Below, piece by piece: positions 1 through 13,330 of a stretch of DNA of 64,000 bases. The first letter of the stretch is position 1. Each line of letters opens with the position of its first letter. Source of the stretch: Mytilus edulis (taxonomy: Eukaryota); the NCBI RefSeq assembly GCF_963676685.1, contig NC_092355.1:63922001-63986000 (forward strand), given 5' to 3'. The position numbers were made by a program, and so were the translations under genes. The notes below the pieces were generated by a model that saw only the letters and a list, made by a program, of their open reading frames with translations, was not told the DNA's origin and made no database searches.

Positions 1-1002
1 TGTTATTAATTGTTATTTGGATGGAGAGTTGTCTCATTAGCACTCACACCACATCTACCTATATCTATTAAATATGAAAAATCTATCAAATATGCCACAA
101 AACGTCAATTTTTAGATTTTTGCTTTCTGATATGAAAGTGGCGACATTCGTGTTCAATCTCAACCTTTATATATGTATCATCATCCTCAAAAACAACATC
201 TATTTAAATATTTAGACTGCACACAAGTACGGCCACTTCCAATTAAGACAAAAACCGTCTAAAAAATAAATCAAATTCTGATATTGTGAAAATTACAGTA
301 ATTTTGCATGCATTTAGGATGCTAGTACCTGTTGAATGTGCAGTGTAATGTCAAAAACAGCCCATATTTTTTTAATGAAAGTATTCTACTTTCTGATAAA
401 CGCCTAAAAGTTTCGATTTTAAACAATCTTTTAAATGCTATTTTTTAGAGCAAAAAGGGATCTGACTACTCCTTTACGATGTTGTATTTAATTCAGAATT
501 ATATCACGTAGAAAGGAGTGGAAAAATACCACAGGAATATTAAAATTCATAAATTGAAAACAAACTGAGATCGTCTGGACAAAAACAAGTGGAAATTCAC
601 TTGAGACGTATAATCAGAGAACACCCAAAGTTTTTGTTAAACTCGATCTAAATTTTTCTGTAGACTTTTGTTTGTCTTCTTACCTTATTGTTATTTCTCA
701 AAATACTATCTGTTGCCTTTTGAATTTTCTATAATTTTGGTAAATATTGTTCACAATCTTATACGTTTCGAAGCGTTGCTTTCATTGTTACCTGGGTGTG
801 TTATGGCTTCAAACCTAAAGTATACTACGATAAACGTTATTTGAAATATGAACGAAAGTATCCGATTATTTTTCACTTTAAGGAACGGCGAGATATCTCT
901 GTGTTTTCAAATGGCAGCTATAGGTAGTTTGTTAACCAAATCTTAATTATTTTTTTTGTGTACAGAAATTTAAGATCTTGAAAGCATGCATAACATGCGT
1001 TA

Positions 1003-1266
1003 AAAGAGGGACGAAAGATACCACAGGGAGAGTCAAACTCATAAATCGAAAATAAACTGATAACCCCTGGCTAAAAATGAAAAAGACAAATAGACAGACA
1101 ATAGATCACATGACACAACATCGAAAAATAAAAATAAGCAACACGATCCCCCGCCAAAATCTAGGGGTGATCTCAGGTTCTCCGGAAGAATAAGCAGATC
1201 CTGCTCCACATTTGGCACCCGTCTTGTTGCTTATGTTATAATAAACCGGTAAATAGTCTAATTCGT
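1003..1266 (-). repeat. 3' fragment of the Penelope-like family seen at 4788-5783
   Basis: AAGAGGGACGAAAGATACC...GGTGATCTCAGGT.CTCCGGAAG...GGCACCCGTC matches 4790-5055. Other fragments at about 16780-16870, 18740-18825 plus 19428-19535, 21590-21790, 47690-47773 and 49967-50112. Confidence 0.8.
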
Positions 1267-2803
1267 TTTTAAAAAAAATTAAAAATAGAAAGAAACATTT
1301 TTTTTCATGTATTTTTCCTAGAAATAATTCATATTTTAGATTTATCGATTCATAACATATATTCATTTATATCTTTACGCATTTTACTAAAGATGAGTAT
1401 GGATTTTACATCATAAGTTCAACAATTAAATTAAATAACTTTTTTTCCTGGAATAATAGACATGATACATATAAAAAAGTCTGTTCAGATATTTGATTAC
1501 TTAATATCTATGTCGGATGTTTGTCGAATGTCAATTTCCTCGTTACATGTATTTACCATATACATGTTCAAATTCCTTGTGCTTTAGGATTTACATCATA
1601 CATGATTTTGATATGACAAGATAATTATATTTCTTGTAGATAAAGCAATACACACTTTAACTTTTGTCATTATGATACACTTTATCACCGATTTAAGCTG
1701 GCTATAACGAGGCATGACATATTGTATTATTACTTATATGTTTGTTTTCATGCATACCTTTGAGCTATATTTTGAACCAAGGATAATTGTTTAGTACAAA
1801 ATACATTGTCACTATGACTTTGAGATGAAAAACGATAATACATTCGATGTTTTTTTGCTTTTTTGTGTTTTTGCTATGCATGTACTAATTTTGTGTTTTG
1901 TAGACAGTGTAGATACCCCTTCTCTTTCTTTTTCTATCATTGTCAGTTTTTGGTCGATTTTTGAGTTGCAATAACCCTGTGTTGTTTTTCGCCTTTCTCA
2001 TACAAAATTATATTTATATTAATCTAAAGCATACTGTAAAATTTAAAGTATTTAGCATGACGAAAAATATAATTTATCCTTATAAAAAAGCATATTCGAT
2101 ATACGTTAAAATGTGGTAAAATAGACAGATTGTACTTAATATCTTCATAGATGTGCGTGCTAGTGCGAACGTCTCTTTGACCACACAAATATATAGATCA
2201 CCAGCTATATTAAAATCAATCAGACCATAGCTATGGTTCACATTTATACAGCAGAAGGATTTATCTGTGAAAATGACATTAAAACAAGTGTCATTAAAAA
2301 TTAATAAAAATGACAGAATAGTTTGGAATTTTCTTCTTTAAAATCAAAATGGCCATATCTGACTACTGTAAAATCAGAAATTGTTAATAGTTTTCTGTTA
2401 ATAACAAAATGCGATTAATGCAACTTGGTGAAATCGTAATTATAGAGTTTGACAATTTAGTTTTTTATGAAAGCGCGGAAAAACAAAGATACTACCTTTT
2501 TCGTTCCTTAAAGGACGTAAGGTACTATTGTGACGATATGAGTTGAAAAGATTTGAGTTTTTATGATTCATAAGAACTTGACATTTGTTAACTGACTATT
2601 TTTATATACAGGTACTTTGGTTTTATTTCTGAAAACAAAACAATAAATAAATCTCAGTTCAAGTTAATTGCGTATGTTCTAAAATTAATTGTACATGTAC
2701 TAAGTAAACTCATGTGTTGAAACGTTTGTCATCTGAAAAAGTGAAACTAAGTTGAAACAGGTAGTGAAACATAAAGATTGATTTTTGTTAATTTATATGT
2801 ATA

Positions 2804-4443
2804 CACTACAAACCAATAAAAGTCTGAAATGGCCTATATCTGTACTCGACTGTACTGATTTTTACTCGACCAGTCTGAATTCGTCTGAGATTTACTTGTT
2901 AATACTCGACTGTAGTCTGAATCATACTTAACAGTCTGAACGTGTACTTGACCATTATTTAACCGTTTTATACGAGTCTGAACCGTACTCGACCTAGTCT
3001 GAACCGTACTCGACCTAGTCTGAACCATACTCGACCTAGTCTGAACCATACTCGACCAAGTCTTAACCAAACTAGACCTATTCTTTGTATCTATCAACTG
3101 AATTTTATCAATTTAGGATTTTGTTTAATAAAAATGAAATTTGAACAACAACTTGAAATTAAAAATGTATTCAATACAGTATTGAAATTAAAATTTTACA
3201 ATAATCAATAATAATATAACTTCAACTCAATATTAATCAACACTTACATAATAATATCAACTTTTAAAATATTAATAAAACAAGCTGATCAAATAATATA
3301 AAAAAATGAATTGGGACTAATATTTTCAATATTATTCAAAATTTTATGAATATTTCGGAAGTATTTTATGGTAACTGGACTATTTTCACCATTTACTTAA
3401 GCCTAGTATAGATTTATGGTGTCAGTTGAGTTCAGGTAATAATGCAGTGAATGTTTTTTTTTATTAAGATATATATAAAATAGTATATAAAACAACTTAA
3501 TAAATTTTAAAAAAATGAGAGCTTAATAGTTTTGTTTTATGAAACCAAGAATTTTATATAATCATTATAATGGAATTTCCATAGCAATCCTTGATAACCT
3601 TTTCAAAAAAGGAAATGTATTCCAAAGTAACAGTACAAAACAATTTCAATTAATTTAAGTATTTTTTTGTCAAATTAACATGGCGTACATACAGCAATTT
3701 AATATGCTCTAATTACCTCAGTACATGTCTGTTTTACAGGTAAAAAGTAAGCCCTATTTTCTTAAATTCGTATATTACTTATCTAGTACATACATGTTTA
3801 TTCGAAAGGCCTTGTTATTTAATTTAAACAGGATGTTGCAATTTTGAATCAATGTTATTTAGAATTTAATACCTCTGACCAGGTGTGATCTTATTTATGC
3901 CCCCAAGCAGAGGTTATACTTTATATTTCAACACTAATCAGAAAAACAATTTTATTTATTTATTTAATTTTATTCCTTTTTGATATAAGTTATAAATAAT
4001 ATATATATTTTTTTTATTCTAAATATAATCAAAGATATATTTCTTTTATAAGGTTAATTTTTTTTATAAATTTTGTTGGCTGTTGTTGTATATGTCAGTT
4101 AAAAAAGAAATTTATTTTAACAGTTAAAAAAGTAGAGGTTTTTGGTCTAGTATGGTTCAGACTGGTCGAGTATTGTTCAGACCTTTGGTTAAGTATGGTT
4201 TAGACTGGAAAAATAGGTCGAGTACATGTCGAGAATGGGTTAAGACTGTTTCAGACTGGTCGAGTAATAGTTCAGACTATTTTCAACGGCAACGATAAGG
4301 GTCAAGTACGATTCAGTACAGTCAAGTATGGTTCAGACTGGGGTCGAGCAATGTCAAGTAAAAGTCAGACCAATTCAGACGAGTACAAATCAGTACAGTC
4401 GAGTACAGATATAGGCCATTTCAGACTTTAATGGTTTGTAGTG
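2804..4443. mobile_element. Non-autonomous CACTA (EnSpm/CMC) DNA transposon
   Basis: Starts CACTACAAACCA and ends TGGTTTGTAGTG, with about 55 bp of near-perfect TIR; 3-bp TSD ATA (2801-2803, 4444-4446); subterminal 21-bp repeats AGTCTGAACCRTACTCGACCT at about 2975-3080 and inverted at about 4140-4350; AT-rich non-coding interior. Confidence 0.88.
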
Positions 4444-4787
4444 ATATCGACACGTCAAAAAGTTTTTTTTCTAATTTTTAAATAGCGTTTCATTATGTTA
4501 TGGATTAGTTTGACAGGCCACCTTTTAATCTTTTCTGGCTAACTCTGTTCAAATTCTCTGGCATTTTCCTATTAACACGAATTTTCGTAATTTAAATCGT
4601 CATCATAGAACGATAAATTAATATTAGGACCATGTCAGAACATATCATTTTTTTTGTATGAGGATGAGAAACCTTGGTAAAAAGTAAAATCACAAAAATA
4701 CTGAACTCCGAGGAAATTCAAAACGGAAAGTCCCTAATCAAATGGCAAAATCGAAAAAAAAACCCACACCAAACGAATGGAAAACAA

Positions 4788-5783
4788 AAGAAGGATGAAA
4801 GATACCAAAGGGACAGTCAGACTCATAAATCTTAAATAAACTGACAACGCAATGGCTAAAAACGAAAAAGACAAACAGACAAACAATAGTACACATGACA
4901 CAACATGGAAAACTAAAGAATAAACAACACAAACCCCACCAAAAACTAGGGTTGATCTCAGGTGCTCCGGAAGGGTAAGTAGATCCTGCTCCACATGTGG
5001 CACCCGTCGTGTTGCTTATGTGATAACAAATCCGGTAAATAGTCAAATACGGTAGGTCACATTCATGAAAGGGAAGGGGATTGTAGTAACGACGTAAGAA
5101 ACACATCCGATATCATTTGTGAAACGGTTATTCCATAACAGTCAACCAACTCGTGATGGCGTCCGTAAAATTTACGAAGGGATGCCATTTGGAACTCTTG
5201 GTTTAATAGCTTACTTGTGAGAAGCAACCCTCTATCAAGAAAATCATGAAATGAAATGCAATCACGGGAATATCGTATCAATTGGGAGATATATACCCCG
5301 TATGAAGGTGCTGCTGGAATGTTGCCACTTAGAAATGGAAAGTTCACAATAGGAAAGCTGAAATCATCTCTTTTATCGTAAAGTTTTGTTTTCAACCGAC
5401 CCTCATTGTCAATTTCTAGATGTAAGTCAAGATATGAAGCAGATTTAACTGTATCTGTAGTATCCTTTATCTCTAGTTCGATGGGATAGATGCATTCCAC
5501 ATAGTCACCAAATTTTGAATTATTTAGTGAAAGAACATCATCTTAATAGCAGAAAGTAGAGTTAAAGGATATTGCTAACTTCTTGTCTTTCTTCCTAAGA
5601 AGTTCGTGAATGAAGTAGGCCTCATATTAATAAAGAAACAAGTCGGCAAGTAGAAGGGCACAGTTTGTTCCCATTGGAATACCGACAGTCTGTTGAAAAA
5701 TACGTCCTCCGAACGTAACAAATATGTTGTCAATCAAGAAATCAAGCATCTTGATAATATCAGTTTCAGAGAATTTTTGTTTG
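4788..5783 (-). mobile_element. 5'-truncated Penelope-like retroelement (RT/thumb pseudogene plus 3' region)
   Basis: Minus-strand translation across stops: FLIDNIFVTFGGRIFQQTVGIPMGTNCALLLADLFLY*YE...FCY*DDVLSLNN...YLDLHLEI...LYDKRDDFSFPIVNFPFLSGNIP..YGVYISQLIRYSR. The YxDD motif carries a stop. Inserted into a dispersed repeat whose halves lie at 4681-4787 and 5784-5850. Confidence 0.85.
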
Positions 5784-7425
5784 ACAACTGTCATATTCCT
5801 GACTTGGTACATGCATATTCAAATGTAGAAAATGGTGGATTGAACCTGGTGGAAGGGCGAGGTAACCGATGAATAATAACAGCAACTGAAAGGGGTGCAT
5901 CATAATAGTTATGAAAACAATAAAGCTATTTTTTACCCCTTAACATACCTCCAGTTGTGAAAAAAGTGTCGTGCCTGAAATCGACAGTACACAAAATATC
6001 AATTTGTGACTGTTTTTGGCAGATAAAAAACATCAGAAAGTATACTACCTGAAGTATAAACATTTTCACCCCAGGCATAGCAACACTACACTAATATGAT
6101 AGCTATTTTTTTTACTGTATGTTGTGAATTTTATGTTTATAGTAAAACAACAAAAAATACCAAACCTTCAAGGAAAATCCATATCTGAAAGTACTATACC
6201 TTAACAAATGCAAAATCAAAGTCAAATATATCACACAAATACAAAATGTAGAAAACTACTGTCATTTTTTTGACTTGGTACAGGCAATGTTTTAGATAGA
6301 AAGTGGTGGATTATATAGTGGTGTTTTTATATCTATCTGAACCTATCCAGGCCAGAGCGAAAAACAAAACTTCAATATAAAGGTGCTTAAACAATATATG
6401 TAGTCCTGTAAAAAAAAAGAAAAAAAAAAAGAAAAAAATAGGCGAAAAACAATCAAACATCTGCCATTATTTTCCGATTTTCAGTATAATGAAATACATA
6501 AAGATATGCCATACTATAATAGGTTTGGATTAGGCTAGCAAAATCAATTTTGAATTTCAGTGCTTCCCTTTTATATTACTTTTATGCAAGTGTCATCTTA
6601 TCTTGACACTCACGTCACTATATACATGATATAATACTCCAAATTATCTACATAGTCACAATGATCATCTAACGAGTTACATAATATCTTGATCATGAGT
6701 TGTTTTTTGATGTTTGTCTTTGAAATAGGAATAACGAAATTTTGTATAATTGCTTTTCAGACAACTATACACCAGGGATCACAGGTGTTTTTTTTTCGAA
6801 GGGTTAAAATTTTGGCGGTTAATGTGATTACCTTTAATGTGCTTGTTATTCCTTTTATGTATCATAACACCTTTGTTATCATACGTTTGTTGTGACAAAG
6901 GCATACTTGATGAATAGTTTTCTTGAATATTTTTTCAAGTCAGGGTTGTGACAGTTGTTGTCCATTCGTGTGATGTGTTTTATCATTTGATCTTGCCATT
7001 TAACAAATGATTTGATTAGGGACTTCTGTTTTGAATTTTCCTCAGAGTTCAGCGTCCGTGTACATTTACGCCAAACATTTTTCATTTTAAAATGAAAAAT
7101 AAATTTTCAAATTGCTCTGAAAATTTTAAATGTAGTTGGTTAGAAAAATGTAACAAAAATCTATTCAAATCACTTTCGAAAAACCAATTTCTCTATAAGA
7201 TTTGAAATTTGTTATTCTCATGAAATTACATTTTTGATTTTACGAAGATATTAAAACAAATAACAATGAGTTTGTGTTAAAAATGATTTTATTTTGTCAA
7301 AAGTTTTCATATATTCAAACATTTGCATTTGCTTGCTTTAGCTAACAAAACATATTTCAATCTCATTCTTAAAAGCAAATTTTGAAAATAATGACCTTTA
7401 GTATTTTACAATTTAGTTTACAATA

Positions 7426-7600
7426 TTGAAAAATGAAAAATGCTCTAGCGTGGAGCATTTTTCAATTTGACTTACAATATTGAAAAATGAAAAATGCTCT
7501 GGCGTGGAGCATTTTTCAATTTGACTTCAAATATTGAAAAATGAAAAATGCTCCAACGCGGAGCATTTTTCAATTTGACGTTTGAAAATGAAAAATGAAA
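7426..7600. repeat. Three 54-bp subterminal tandem units, each with the palindrome AAAAATGCTC..N..GAGCATTTTT (mirror copies at about 15110-15285)
   Basis: TGCTC starts at 7441, 7495 and 7549 (period 54); an inverted set lies inside the right TIR. Confidence 0.85.
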
Positions 7601-8146
7601 AATGATTCAATTTCTCATTTTTCATTTTACTGTGCAATATTCAAATTTGAAAAATGTTCATTATTTAAATGTTTAATAATGAGAACGAAATGTAATTTGT
7701 TTCAATATAGGCGTTTCGAATGTTTCAATTGTTGACACTTTTTATTAAATGTTTTACTATTTCCGTTCTCTTCTTTCTTGTTTTAAGTCAATATATCTTA
7801 AACTTAAAGATCTTTTTAAGGTGTGTATCACTGTGTGTGTGTGTGAACTATGTGTGGTATCAACAAATTCCAAACAAGAATGGTACACTGACAAGTACGA
7901 TAATGACCACACAAAAAAATCATTCTTTCTTTTATATTTATATACCTAGTCGTCTTTGTAGATACATTTTCATATATATCTTTCGATCTAGCAATCTGTC
8001 ATTCATTGTATATATTTATCTGTCTATCTATCTGAATTTTGTTTTTCTTTGTCTTTTTTTGTTTGAATTGTCGGGGTCGAAATCTTTAATTCAGTTCTCT
8101 CGAAGTGAAAAAGTCTCTTACTCACATACATGTACATGTTGTAAGA

Positions 8147-11100
8147 ATGGTAGAACTTTTAGACCATTGATGTTTATTTCAACAAATGATACTTGACGGA
8201 AGAACACACAAAGACATTTCTCAACACTTGACTTCTATAGGAATCAAGCATGCATCAGCGCGAACAATAAGTCGGTTTTTTTTTCTGAAAATGGAATAAC
8301 TAGCCGATGAGGAGTAGACGAAGGAGTTTTAAACCATATCGTGGCTGAATGTGTCAAACATGTTAGGAAAGAAGGGAAAATATTAGAATATTAGATAGTG
8401 TCCATGTCAGTTTCTGTACATGCTGAAGGAGCAGGGTTCGCGGATGGGGATGGATGGGTGTAGATGTTATATTATTCTGATCACTTCGCTAGTATTTGTC
8501 TTCAAATTTGTATTTTTCTGCATTGTATATCATTTCCTAATTTTGAATCTGTTTAATACAAACTTGTTTTTCCAAAGTTTATAATCTTCACAATTCTCGC
8601 AGAATATCAAATAAGCACTATCTTATAAAAGAAAATATGAACTTAGCTTGCATGCATGTAGGTGTGGTAAATGTATATTTCGAAGGATGAATGACTTTTT
8701 ATATTTGCTTTTACCGAAACAAAATGTAGCAAAGACTATATCATAATTATGTGAATAGTATTTCAACAAACATAAAACAGTTCCTATGAGGTTCTGTTTT
8801 ATGTACATTCCATTACCTTTTATTCAATATGATTTTACATCTTTAATATGTGAAAGCAAAACGAGTATTATAGGACAAATATGTCGACACAAAAAATGGG
8901 TCTCAGTCAGTAACAATATTCTTTTGAAATAAAAGAAAGTAAAAAAAACAACCAGATCGACACTGATCGACACACACGTATTCAAAACCATATGCATCAT
9001 GTACATGGAACATATTCTAGTACATTGTAGTTACATTTAAAACATGGTGTGCGCACAGTGTGTGTTATTTTCAGGCTGGACCCACAAACGGTTGGAAAAT
9101 GATGACAGGCCATTTATCAAGCAGAGGAATCAACGTGTCTGAGGCTAGAGTTGGTAAAGCATTAGCGACAGCAAAAAGCAGTGGCGGGTCACGAACTTTT
9201 CATAAGGGGGAGAGGGGGGCTGACTAACATACAGGGGGGAGGACTCCAGTCATGCTTTAGTGATTCCCTATATGATTAACCAAATTTTCCCCACAAAAAG
9301 GGGCACCAACGGAAATACATAGTGTTTCAACTTCTGCAATGATGACAGCGTATAATGCACATGGTTGACGCTTCCACAAAGTAAAGAAGTAAGGGACGAT
9401 ATCAAAAGTTCAATGTAGGATAAAAAAACATAGTTTTTTAACTGACACCCCCCTTTTTTCTAAACTTTATTTGAGAAAAATTGATTGTAAAATATGGAAA
9501 TATGTAAAATCGATTTTTGATAAACCAAACTCGCAGCAATTTTACAACCCCTCCTCCTCTCCCACCCCAAACTATTTGATTGAAGTTTTTCATCCTACAT
9601 TCCTTCTGCTTTCGTGACTGTTACCATGATCGGTCATGGATTTTGCGTTTTATTCGGGACATAACACATCTCTTTTGAATAACCTTAATTTTTTGTTTGC
9701 TAGTCAAAAGAAAGGTAAATAAAAAGTTAATATTTAATAGATAAATCTTTTGTCAATGTACAAGTTTTGTGTGTGTGTGTAAAAATCGTCTTCTATCGAG
9801 TCATGTCGCTTTTTTCTTATATATCATTATTTTGGTAGCGTTCTTTACTACTCCCAAATAGCATGACAGAGACTTGAACCCTACTAATATTCTAAAACAG
9901 TAACTTTCTTTTTCTGTACCTGCCTACTAGTATCCCAAGCTATTGATTTGTATATTTGTATGAATGTATTACAGTTGTGGTCTTTTGTCCAATTTGTTGT
10001 CATCTATAACTTATTTTTACATCGTTTTATTAAAATCTTTTTTTTTCGTTTCTTTTATTGTTTCGATTTTTGGGTTTGTTCGTGCTAATTTCCTATAATA
10101 ATGATGATAACAAACTAAAAGTTATAATTAGTTTATTTCGCTTCGTCTACCTATTTTTTGTTTAGCAACCAACAGTCAATTAATCCAGCACTTAATTATT
10201 TGTTACAAATGTACATAATGGTCCTTTCATATTTTTTTATAATTATCATTTTTCTGCAGGGAACTATGTTTTGGAATATTGTTTCATATCATGTTGTGAT
10301 ACGCTTACGGAAACATGATTATGCAAGGTTTAACTTAATGTAAATGGCAGAAAGTTGATAAACTTGGTAGCATAGCTTTCATGTCTCTCCTTTTTATGTA
10401 ACAATATATAAAAGCTATGGAACTTTAACCACTGTAGGGTAAAATAAACTGTTTCATACTTTTTACTTTCCCCTGAATTATAAATAAAATAAAACCCTTT
10501 CCTTTCTGTTGTCAGAATAGGAACGAGAATTTGACAAAGAGACAGCAACCCGACCAAAAAGCAAAAGCAACCCAAGGCCATTAGTGGGTCTTCAATACAG
10601 CGAGAAAATCGGGAACATGGTGGACCCTTTACACAAATGTGTACTAGTTCATCGAAAATGGACGTCACATTAAATTCCGAAACATATTAATAAAAGTAAA
10701 TAAAAAAAAATTACAAACAAAACGAACTTATAAGGCTACCAGTTTCTTCTTTTTTTATTTATTATAGTACTTAACCTTGTTTATATGTAGTTTGTGCAAG
10801 CGAATGCACCTCCAGTGTGACTTTCAAAAATAACTTGATAGTTTTCCAGTGTGACTGGATAGTTGCTTAAGGTATATCAGACTTTTCAAACGATTCGGAA
10901 GTTGACATTATATATGTATAGAGACACTTGTCTTCTCTTGAATACAATTAAAGTGTTTCCAAGGGACTTTTGGTTGTGTGTTTAGTTGGGTTGTTATTTC
11001 GATGCTGTGTAAGCGACATCTTTTTCTGTTTATATCAGTATATATCAAATCGTCGTGTTGCGATGTAATAGAAGAAAAGGTATGAAGAGAATTATAAAGC

Positions 11101-12217
11101 CATAGTTTTCATAGAGATTCTGCTGAGAATACTAACTTACAAACTAACAAATTAACTGTCGATATATTTGATACATAATTGATTCATAATCTTAACGTAA
11201 TCCTAGGTATCGGTATTAAAATTACAGTATTTTTTTTTTTTATTATTATTAAAATCGATTGCAATTGTACTGACTGATTTTGTAGGCTCAGACACATGAT
11301 GGGTTATAGGTTGTTATTCGCTCTGAATTTGGTTGTGCACCTAAAACATTCTAATCCCTAAGAGTTCTATATATGCGCCGTAAAGATATTTTTTCTCGAA
11401 TGGATTGTATTGTTTTAAATTTTTCATTTGTGAATCTTTTATAGCTTCCTGTGCGGTATTGGTTTTCATCAACGTTGAAGACTGTACTATGAATTATACT
11501 TGCTTACTTCATCATCTGGTGCAAGAAAATTGATACCGTTAACTTTATTAATGTCTTATGGAAAAAAGTGTGTCAGTGGCAATCATACCACATCTTTTTT
11601 TATGAAATTATGAATAAAACAAACACTAGTATTTGTCAGTTCAGTTACAAAGCACGCTATTCACGAATCGAGTAAATGAATAAACGGAGAGCGCGCGGCA
11701 GCTTTATATATTTTCATGTGCCATACATGCTATATATATCTGAATTTTTATAAATGTACATGTATCAATTGGTGATGTTTTCTGTACTTGCTATTGCTAT
11801 TGGGGAAACTCAGAAAAAATAAGATTGCAACGTTTCTTCGGTATTATGTTCATAGGTTTTTTTTTAAATTTGGGACCTTGGGATTTCATGTTTTTTAAGC
11901 CCGGGATTTCGGAATCAGGAACCCTCCGACCCCCCTCAACATGTTATCAATGGTTGATAAAGAAGGCGAGAGACTTCAGCGTGTGCAGTCTTGTCATAAT
12001 TTGAAAATTTTTAAATAATTTGATTAAAACATTTACCGATATTGCCTCTTTGGTGATACTATAATTTTTTGTGTAGCTCGTCCGCTCCCATTTTATATTC
12101 GTTATGTAAACAGAAAGTCACAACTGTTTTGTTTTTTTACAGGGATCACGCAACTTTAATCCTGTTCCATACCATGCTGACAATTTTGGGCATAAAATCC
12201 ATCTTGATCAAAATGAA
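8147..12217 (+). pseudogene. Intron-containing DDE (integrase-core) transposase relic
   Basis: Exon 8147-8361 MVELLDH*CLFQQMILDGRTHKDISQHLTSIGIKHASARTISRF(fs)SENGITSR*GVDEGVLNHIVAECVKH|gt; exon 9075-~9173 ag|AGPTNGWKMMTGHLSSRGINVSEARVGKALATA; exon 12143-~12217 ag|GSRNFNPVPYHADNFGHKIHLDQNE. These recall the HTH, GPxYGRKMMxG and NPxPYxAxYFGHKLHxDQNEKL motifs of animal integrase-core transposases. The rest of the core was not found. Confidence 0.75.
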
Positions 12218-12577
12218 TCTTGCAAGTAGCCCTCGGAATATATAGAGGGGTGGTGTTGAGGTTACAAAAAGGGGATGTTGGATACAGGATTATAAAAATT
12301 GGGGTAGTGAAATCAAGGGGACATAAAAGGTGGGATCTGGAGAACAACAAAAAAAAGGAATTTAGGAAAAGGCGCACACCGAGTCAATAAGATTGTTGTG
12401 TTGTTTACTGTTTTTTGGAGGGGAGGAGGGGCGGGCATTATGGGAAGATCTCCCGTCTCTGACTCAAAATATGGATAATTTAATGTTAAGGGTTTTATAA
12501 TTCTCCCTGACAGCTTCAGACCAGACAAAATAAATTTTGTATCCCTATCTTTTTAAATAGACAATACCCTTTTCTAA

Positions 12578-13330
12578 AATTGAGAATGGAAATGGGGAAT
12601 GTGTCAAAGAGACAACAACCCGACAATAGAACAGACAACATCAGAAGTTCACCAATAGGTGTTCAATGCAGCGAGAAACTTCCGCATCCGAAGGCGTCCT
12701 TCAGCTTGCCCCTAAACAAATATATATACTAGTTTAGTGATAATGGACTTCATACTAAACAAATTAAAAAAAAAAAAAAAAAATTAAAAATAATCCAAGA
12801 CTAACAAAGGCCAGAGGCTCCTGACTTGGTACAGGCGAAAAAATACGGTGGGGTTAAACATGTTTTTGAGATCTCAACCCTCCCCCTATACCTCTGACCA
12901 ATGTAGAAAAGTAAACGCATAACCATATGCACAGTAAAATTCAGTTCAAGAGAAGTCCGAGTCCGATGTCAGAAGAGGTAACAAAAGAAAATAAACAAAA
13001 TGACAATAATACATAAGTAACTACAGACTACTAGCAGTTACTGACATGCCAGCTAAAGACCTCAATTAAACTGATTGAAAGAGTATGTCTTCATCATGGG
13101 AATACCAGGCAACTTCCGTTAGGGGTTCAGTATTATACACATAAAATATTTAAGAGAAAAACATAACCCGTGTCATGCCAACAAATGGTTTTGTAATAAA
13201 TGTGTTTAATTTCGATGTAAAGACCCTATAAGTGAATCAATATTAAAGCCAAAATATGAAAACTTGAATGACCTGACAACCGTATCGTAACTATTATCCC
13301 TTCTTAATAAGTCTGTTTAAAGGTCTTGTT
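12578..13330. repeat. Dispersed repeat nested in the long-TIR element (partial second copy about 10515-10720)
   Basis: AATGG..GGGGAATGTGTCAAAGAGACAACAACCCGAC..CAAT.CAGCGAGAAA is shared with 10515-10610. Confidence 0.6.

Noticed and set aside
2834-3097. ORF with (T/M)VQTRSS repeats
   Set aside because: Translation of the 21-bp CACTA subterminal repeats.
4734-5106. Hydrophobic ORFs (also 1106-1366, 47735-47962, 63005-63202)
   Set aside because: Fortuitous frames in the Penelope-family 3' region, not conserved in frame between copies.
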